Origin: a virus
Taxonomy: Duplodnaviria > Caudoviricetes
Length of the DNA: 50,558 bases
Strand: one strand, 5' to 3'
Virus record (IMG/VR): IMGVR_UViG_3300030392_001100
Coordinates: 1-50,558 of that record
Within the stretch, counting starts at the first letter, position 1. Every line of letters starts with the position of its first letter. A program made the position numbers and the translations under genes. The notes under the pieces were generated by a model. That model was not told the DNA's origin, made no database searches, and worked only from the letters and a program-made list of their open reading frames with translations. Of this stretch, positions 17,301 through 26,300 are shown piece by piece.

Positions 17301-20300
17301 GCGGATCAGGTTCGCCGTTTGCTTCAACTGCGCACGAGTACGTGGCCGGATGGCTGCAGTCAGTAGCTGATTCTCGGTGATATTGGTCCCAGCGCTCGTC
17401 ATTGCAAGGATGAGGATTCCAAGCTGATCGACGGCATGCACATTGAGCCGGTCCAGGTAGGCCTGGCTGGGCGTGGCTCCGGCTTCAGGCGCTTCTGGCC
17501 TGTATTTGGTCGTCCCCATTGAGTTTAGGTGCTTGCGGTAGAGGGCGATCGTCAGGTCTTCGTAGGCCTCTGACGCGGCGCGCATCACCGCCGCGATGTC
17601 CGCGTTGCTGTAGACCCGGTCCTCAGGCATCGTGAAGCCAAGAGCCTCATCGATGATGTCCTCTGGAATCCCGGCGGACTTGTAGATCTTCCGCAGACGA
17701 GACGCATCCTTGCCCGGCATGTTCTCGATGTCCTGCAGATTGAACTTCGGATCCAACATGATAGGGCGTCTGGTGACGTAATCGAGATCCGGGAACGAGA
17801 ATGTACCCTCCGTTCCTCCCGGAACCAGCGCAACTGAGCGGTCTGTACGAACGAATCTTACGTTGAAGCTGATGGATCGAGGCGGACCATTGGGGTCATC
17901 CGGCAGCGAAAGCTCAAGCTCGACCTTCTGGCTGACCACCTTGAGTGCTGCCACCTTGTCCGGCTGCAGCCTCTTCTTTGCCTCGTCGATGGCGTCTTTG
18001 GAGAGTCCAGACTGGTCCAGGCGCTGCCCAATGGCCTTGCCCACAGCCTCGTGGGGCTTCCCGCCCTCAATGTCGAGGTGCCGGCCAAGCTCTGGCGTCA
18101 GGTCTCTGACGACTTCGGAGTGTCTAGCTGGGGTTGGGTCAGGAAGACGCTCGCCGTCAGTTCCCCGGCCTGGGGCGCCTTTATCAGAGGCTCCACGGTT
18201 CGCGGTTTGGCTTCTGGCAAGGTTTGAACCTTTAACGCCTTCCTCCAGGCTGACGTCAAATCCTGCTCGACTCGTGTGCCTGATGTCTTCTGCTTGGAGC
18301 CCTTCCGAGATGGCATCGTCATACCCCTTGATTTCATAGGCCCCATGGGCTCTTCCACCCTCTGGAGCGTTCACATAAATGTTCTCACGGATGTGGCCAG
18401 CGGCAACAGTTCCGAGACCGTTGGCCTCCGCGAAGTCGCTAAGCGCAGCAACTGCGTGCCGGGTGATCGTCAAAAACTCGGCCGGGCTGACCGGTCGCGA
18501 GGACATCTCGGGCAGATAGACCAGTTCGATGCTATCAGCGCTCCTGGCGAGCGCGATCCCTGCCTGCTCAAGCTCAGCAACCCGAAGGAAGTCAGCCAGT
18601 TCCGGGCGGGCCATGATTCGATCGTTTAGCTCGATGCGCATGGTCGGAGCGCGGGGCCCACCATCCGGCCCATTGAACAGCAGGTCGGCAACAGTCTCAG
18701 CGGAAATCGGCGCGCTGACGTCATCTAGGTAGCCCTCTGGCAGGTCAGACGAGCCCGTTGACTCGCGAATGACCAGTGACTCCTGCTTGTAGGCCTTGCT
18801 GAACTGGGACAATCGTCCACGGATCATCGTGAGATCACCGCCCAGTTCCAACTGCACGAACGGCTGGCCAGGCTCTCCACCCCATCCAGGAAGCCCACCC
18901 TCATCGAGATCTGGGCCCCTCACGCCACCAAGCTGGATATCATCCGGATGCGCATTCTCGGTCAGAACGCGGTTCAGGTCCGGCTTGAAGATGTTGTAGA
19001 CCTCGGTGAGCACCTGGTCCAGTTCCGCGTGGATTGAATCCCGCGCGTTTAGCTGCATCTCGGTATAGCGCCCGCCCTGCTTTGTCCTGGCCTGCTCATC
19101 GAGCTTCTTGAGGTCTCTGAGGAGCGCCCTGTACCGGCTGTACCGAATACCAACCTCAGGAAACTCGCCGCGAGCCCCGCTGATGCCCACCAGCAGCCGG
19201 CTGGGTCCACGGCTTTCGACCGGCGGCTTCATCATTCCAGGCTCAACACCGTAGCGTGTGGCAAACTCGAGAGCGTTCTCTGCTGGCACCTGAACCGGTA
19301 CAGTTGTCTCTCCCTGGTCTCGCAGTGCGGCGAACCGGTGTCTCCCGTCAGAGAACCCAACGGGCTTCTCGGCATCTGGACCCAACGAGACCCGTGGAAC
19401 CTCAATGGGCTGTCCGCTTCGGGCAAACGCCAGGAAGCGATCGAGCTTGGCGATGCTGGCCTTGCCCTTTCCGCTTGTGGCGTCGATGTCCTCTCGCCTG
19501 GGGACGTAGAAGCCGCTGTCCTTGGCCCAGTCGGCGTCCAGCTTGGCTACGTCGGCATGGATGGTTCGATAGCCGCCATCGTGGGCGCGCTCCAGGTAGG
19601 TGAGACCGACGCGCTCAGCCTCCGCAACACCAGGGCGGGCAAACTCAGGCTCTATGCGAGAGGCGCGAACAGCCCATGCGCGAACTCCCTCATCCAGATA
19701 ATCATCCAGCTTCTTCAGGGCTCTCCCCGCGTCCTCAAATCGAAACTCGCCAAGAGCTACCGCAGCGTCATTTGCCAGTCGTTGAACCTCGTTGTAGACC
19801 GGAATCTTGCGGTGTTCGTCGGCATACTCCTGACCCAAACGACGAAGCTCTGCTTCAACATCTGCCCATTTATCTGACCGTGCGCCAGCCGCAACTTCCC
19901 GGGCATGTTGACTCTTCATGCCATCAAGGAGCGAGTAAGGTTTACCTCGATGCGTGAGAAAGCCGCCTATTTGCTCGGCCATGCCGTGAATCTTGCCGCG
20001 TATCGTGCCATAGCCGCGTTGTTTCTCGTCGCCCTTTTTCCCCATCCGATGAAGCAAATCACCAATATGCTCTACTTGGTGACCATACTCGGGCACGCGA
20101 ACGTCAGATTCGCGAATACGCATCGCCGCTTGTTCTGGCCCCTCATAGCGCTGAACGTCCGACATAGCCTTAAACGCTTCGTTGATTTCCTCTGGAGTCT
20201 CAGGCAGCTTCGCCGCAGCCGGGGCCTCAGGCTCTACGCCTCGGGGCCGGATGACGTTGGAGTAGATGATGTCTGCAGCAGTTGGCTCAGGCTCTCTGGG

Positions 20301-23300
20301 TCCAGGCTCTGCACCTCGCTCAGGGCCTCCTTCCACTTGCTCGAGTCGTCCCCGTGGCGCTCCACCGTCATCACCCTTTGCTCCAGGTAGCCGATCACGA
20401 ACTCCTGCTCGTCCTTCAGCGGGGAGTTTTTCTCCGGGCTCCAGAGACTTTGCAACATTTTTCGTACCAAACTGTTCATAAGAATCCCTCAGGGCTTTGT
20501 AGTCGTCCCAGTGCTCATCGAGCACGCGGCGCATGGCGCGCTTGATCGGCTCCTCCACCTCAAGGTCGGCAAGCCGTGTGTGTATGTTTATCTCTTCTCT
20601 GACAAACGGATCGCCGTGCCCCGATTTCCTCATGTGGGTAGCCTCGTGGATCAGGACAGACCACCACGCGCCCACGACACCTTTGTCGGATTTCGCGACG
20701 TTCATCAGCGGGTTCAAGAAAAACGCCCTGTACGGAACCCTGATATGAACGCCTTCGTAGGTTTTGTCGAGAGAGATACCGCTGGCGTAAGGCTTCATGG
20801 GGTCGCTTAGACCCCCGTACCCAGGAACCTTCGCCATGCGCTCCTTGAACTCAACAATAATGCTGCCGATTTTGGCAAGCATTGGCTCTGCGGATTCCGG
20901 GATTTCAAGGGTCGTGTTGTTATGAAACAGCGGCCTTTTGGGGTCAACAGCGACTGTGTCAATGAAGTCCTTCGCAGTCTTAAACTCTTTTTTGGCCTCA
21001 AAGCTTTCTGCAATCTGGCGCTCCGATGTCTTTACCTCTCCCTCGCTAATCCTGATGGCCGGCTTCATCCCCGCCATGATCTCTTCAATCTCAACGCTTC
21101 TTTCGAGCTTCCTGGTCTCAGGAAGAAATCGCGGCTGAACCTGCTCTCCGCCGGCCATCAGGTCATCGAGGTTCACCCTCTCCATCGGTATAGCGGTCTT
21201 AAAGACATCTGATGTTTCTGCGGCCTCAAGCCCGTGGCCGTACTCCGCGAGGAAACCTTCCATCGCTTGGATGTCGGCCAGGATTGTACTCCTATACTCC
21301 TCCCTGGTCATATTGAAGGGGTAGGAACCATCGATGGTATCGACGTTCGGCTTTACATCAAAAATAAGGTGGTACGGCAAGGTGCCCATGAGTGGAAGTG
21401 AGGCACGGTCGAATTGCCAAACGCCAGCGGATAGGACCTGCCTGCTCGTCCACGAGATTTTGTCGAGCTTCGTATTGCCCACATAAATATCAGCCTCGCC
21501 CCAATCAAACGTGGCGGTAGTCCAGAGCTTGAACTCGTCGGCATCAAAATCACGCCCTAGAACCTTGCCGGGATCTCTGGTGGTTACCACTACGTCGCCT
21601 TCCCCCCAGTTTTCACGAGTGACATGGTGCTCCCTGATTTGAACATCACCAATCAACGGCTTGGTAAAAAACGGAGTAGTGTCGCCATCGATTGACGGAA
21701 GTTGGACCTCCGCCTTGTACTCATGCGACTTTCCAGCGTATTCGACGTACTCATCAAACGCCCAAGCCTTTACGCTCGTTCCGTTTGGCTCTGTCGTTTG
21801 CGTTGTCTTGATCTTGATCTTCCCAGACAGGATTATGTCTGGCGTGACCCTTGCTACAGTCTTTTGGCCATTGCGAACTGTGACAAGCTCAAGCGCTCTG
21901 GAGCCAAACAAAAAACCCATCTTGGCTTTACCGTACCCGCCAGAGCGTCTGCCTGGTGGAAGGTCGCCCTTGTAGCTCCCTGACGCGGTAAAGAACGCAT
22001 CCTTGACAACATCGCGCAGCATTCCGCTTCCGTTGTCGGCCACAGTGATACTTCGGTCGTTGTGGTCAATGGTGACATCGATCCTGCCCTCACCCGGTGA
22101 CATCTCGCCCAGATACATGGACCCATCAACGCCATCCCAAGCGTTCTGGACAAGTTCCTTGATTGTGACATCGGCCCAGCCCGCCTTATACATGTTGAGG
22201 CCTTCTTGCTGGGATTGGCGCTCAATGTCGTTCTTAAACGCAATCGTCTCTTCAATTCCACCTTCCGGCAGTTCTTCAACCTGACCCGTTCCCTCGTATT
22301 TTATTTGGTCAAGCTGAGCGGCAATTTCAGCAACCTTGCGCTCCTGGGCAAGGGCCCACCATGGCGGTCTCCTTTGGGGTAGCTTGGAGTGGACCATTTC
22401 AGCCACCATGCCCCAAGTCTCGTCGTCAACGTCCTTGTATAGGTGTCGGTGACCGTTGATATGGTCCTCAAACTCGGTCAGATTATCAGTCAACGAGTAC
22501 TCGTAGGCCTCGCCTGCTGATACAATCTCGCGCACGATTGAATCAGCAAAATGGTCGGCAAGCTCCTCGCCACCCTCAAGCGCCTCGATTCTGGTCAAGA
22601 CCGCAGAGCGCGCGACTTCGTCTCGAAGTTGATTCAGGTACCAGTCGAACCGTTCCGGGCCTTCGAACCGGGGATCCAAGACTTCAGCGCGCGGGATTTC
22701 AGACTCGGGGATGATCTCACGAACCTTGTCCAGCACACGCTCCGAAAATGGGGTCCACGTTCCCCTATACATGCCAACGTCATCAAAGTCGTAATTAATG
22801 GTTGTCTCGGGGTTGTCCGGATACCAGCCATCAAGCTGATTAGAAACATGATCCTCAATGCTCCGACCAGCTTGCTCAGGGTGATGGTGCACCGCGCTTC
22901 GGATATTCATCGCAAAATCGTCCGCAACACTATCGGCATCGCGCTTCTCACCCTCGGAGAGGGGCCGGCGGACATGTCGGGGCAACTCAGACTCGGGGAT
23001 GATCTCACGAACCTTGTCCAGCACAAGCTCCGCAAATGGGGTGTACCTTCTCCCAGGGCCGGGCTCGAAGAGCGCCGCATAGCCACCTTGAAACACCTCC
23101 GCCTCATCAATAACCCACGATGCTACGCCCTCTAAGGTCGGACTCTGTAGATGCTTTGGCTCATATCTCATGTAGGCCCTGATAACTTCCACGACCTGAT
23201 CGGCAGCGAACGTGGCCAACTCTTCCTGGGGGTCGGGTCGGATAGCCGGCTCTGGGGCCTCAGGCTCAGGCGCCTCGTCCACCTTCTTGCCGAACATGTC

Positions 23301-26300
23301 CTTCTGGATGGACTCAGCGTCTGGCGCTTCCGCTATTCGTTTTCCTGCTCCGGCAAGCTCTTCACGGTACCCCTCAAGCTCCCGAGAAATGGCTCCAATA
23401 TCAGATTGTGCTCTAAGTCCAGGCTGAGAAGCACCCCCTGCACTCGTTCTGCGGAATCTTGCGTTGATTCCGGCCTCTTCGAGGACATCTTCATAGTTTT
23501 CAACAACTCTTTCGCTGATTCTTTGCTTAAAAGCTTCTGCGTCATATGCCGACTCCCCGCCTATATGTTTCTCCAGCCTGCCAGGATCATAACCACGCCG
23601 CCCAATTATGCCTGAAAAATACTCTACCGCGACCTCGCGAAACCTTACGGCCCTCTCCCGACTGCCTGTGGCCGCCTCGATGTCGTCTGCGTACAGGTGG
23701 ATTGCCTGCATGAGCCCAACGTTTCTAGCTTCAGTGAGCGAGGCATCCATCTGCTGAACTACGCCTGAGGCCGCAAACTCGTTCCATCCACCAATGGCAC
23801 CTTTATCTCTGACTCTCTCAGCAAGGTTCCAGTCAGGGCCCCAACCAGCCTCTCCCGCTGGCCGGTCAAGTACAAAGCCTATACCGTCCGGCGCACCAAT
23901 CGCCCGAATCGAGGCGGAATCCCCAAGCATGCCTCCTACAATATCGCCAGGGCTGGGCGGGGTACCTGTTGGGTGTACGTGGGTAAAGATTAGGTTTTGA
24001 TGCAACGATGAGCGGATGTAGTCCTCTGGCTCCAGCGGAACGTGGGATACCTCACCGCGTCGGCGGCCTACCTGTTTCCCGCTTAAGGCATCAACCCAAG
24101 CGCCGTGTTCCATCTCTGAGCCAATGAGCGCACCCTCAAGCTCGCCAAGGTCCATGTCTGCGGTAATGGGTCCGACAGATGGCTCATCATAGTCGAGTGG
24201 GCTCTTTTCAAATTTGGGGTCCATGGCCCTGGGGAGCTTTGCGGGATCTCCGCCGAAGCGCCCTAACTGCATCGCGCTGTAGACCAGGGCCATACCTGCC
24301 TGGTTGTGCAGTGGAAGCTCAGCAAATCCAAGCTCTTCAAGCTTGGACTGGAAAGCCGGAGAGTCAATCTCGATACCCAATCTTTCGCCAAGCCTAAGGA
24401 TCGAGTGCATGTCCAGGGTGTGCATGAACGAGAGCGATTCTTCGGCAACAGGCGCGGCGGGCTTTTCAGCAGTCCGCTTAGCGAATTCATAATCACGAAG
24501 AATGGCAATTTCGGCATCAAAGGCATCTGCAGCAGCATCACCCATATTGGCGCGAATAGCTTGGCTAAGACCGGTCCGCACCTGTTCGTGCTCGACCTTA
24601 GTTTCTTTCCCGTATCTCGTTGCTCTGGTGGTAACCTCAAACACTTCGCCTTCAGGCGAAAACTCACGATCAATGATCCCCTCGCCGACTCTTTCGTGCT
24701 CTGAGCGCGCCTTCGCTATTGCCACACGCTCTGCTTCAGTCTTTCCGGCTGTAGGTGGGGGAAGCTCCGGAACTTCCGGAGCGGCGGCAGTAGGCTCCCC
24801 AGCATGCACCCGGCCAAGAGTCTCAGCGCCGACGCTCCGCACCTCAGGATGGATTCCGCTGTACCTGGCGTTCGGGCCAGGTGTGCCACCAACCAAATGC
24901 CGCACCTTGTTGAAGTAATCTTCGGGGGTCTTGATTGATGGAAGCTTGGGGTCCTGAGCGAACCGCATGCCCTCGATCTCCATCAGCGCCATGTACAGGC
25001 CAACGTGATCTTGCTCAATAATCCCCTCTTCCGAGAGCTTCCGAATCTGCTCGAATACTGCATTATAGCCCTCTCCTGCCCTAAGACCGCGCGCAGTCGG
25101 CGTGCCCCTCTCAACGATCTCGTTGACGCTGTTGATCATCGAGCCGAAGGTCTGCCGCGAGACCCCCATGACCAAATCCTCAAGCGCTTCGTACCCGCCC
25201 TCAACGCCAAGCCGGCCAGCCACAACCTCAAGCTGACTTCTGATCAGCTTCTGCATGGGCGACTTGTGGATGTTCCCCGAGAGAACCGACTCTTTGATCA
25301 TCGCCATGATGACGTGATTGGATACAGAATATGAGTCCGCGTACTTGGGCGCCTTGTCTGTGCCGTAAACCAGCTTGTGGTACATCCTGTACGCAGGCGG
25401 CGAGGCCATGGCCATGTACATCTTGGTGCGGGGCACCCCTTTTGGGATCAACCTGCGTGGGATGGTCGCCATCCGATGTGCAGACATGCCGGCAGAGATC
25501 GGTACAGCCGCGCTGAACTCTTCCCAGGGGAAGATCCAATCGAGCAATACCGCCAGGTTCTGTGTGACTGCGTACTTCGTTGATCTGCGATCCCAGCCTG
25601 CGCGGTGCGCCAGCGCCATCTGGTTCCAGGTCAATCCTCCAGAACCAGATGCGACCGCAGCAAAGACCCGGTCCAGGTACGCTGAGCCGATAGTGCGGAT
25701 GCCGAGACCATAGGCGAAGTCAATGCCGGCCGGCGTGATGTAGGGGATTGGGGCCTCAAGCCAGAGTTCCTGGAGCCCCATGATCACCCGCATGGTACGA
25801 CCGAAGTTGCTCTCTACAACATTGACTGCGCCAACTTTCTCGTTGTCCTTGACCCGCTTGAGCATCATCTCGCCAAACGCACGCTCCATGATCTCACCGG
25901 CATGACCGCCAGTTGCGCCGCGAAGCTCGTGAGCCGCCCTCGCGGATTTCGCGATGGACTCAGGACTCGGCATTGCGTGAACAATTACTTGTTTACCGCC
26001 GCGTCTGATTCTATTGAGCAGCAACCCCGCCTCGGCCAGTTCCCAGAACGGCACCGCGTCGAGAGACTCTTGAATCTTGTCGTCATCTGCCCCGGCCTCA
26101 ACCTGACCGATTGCCCGCTGCAGCGAGCGGAGATCCTCTCGATCCACCAGCAGGGGCGTCTTTAATAGGACGTTCCTCAGCGATCTCGGCTGGACCGTTG
26201 TCACCGTATTGATCTGACGCCTGACCCAGCTATCGTCCATGTCTGGCCAGGTCTCTCTAATTGCGCGCTCAACGGTGACCCGATGGTCCACATAGGCCTG

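Noticed and set aside
22699-23042. DGR template/variable repeat
   Set aside because: Only two reciprocal mismatches, both copies are in-frame coding, and no reverse transcriptase is in the window
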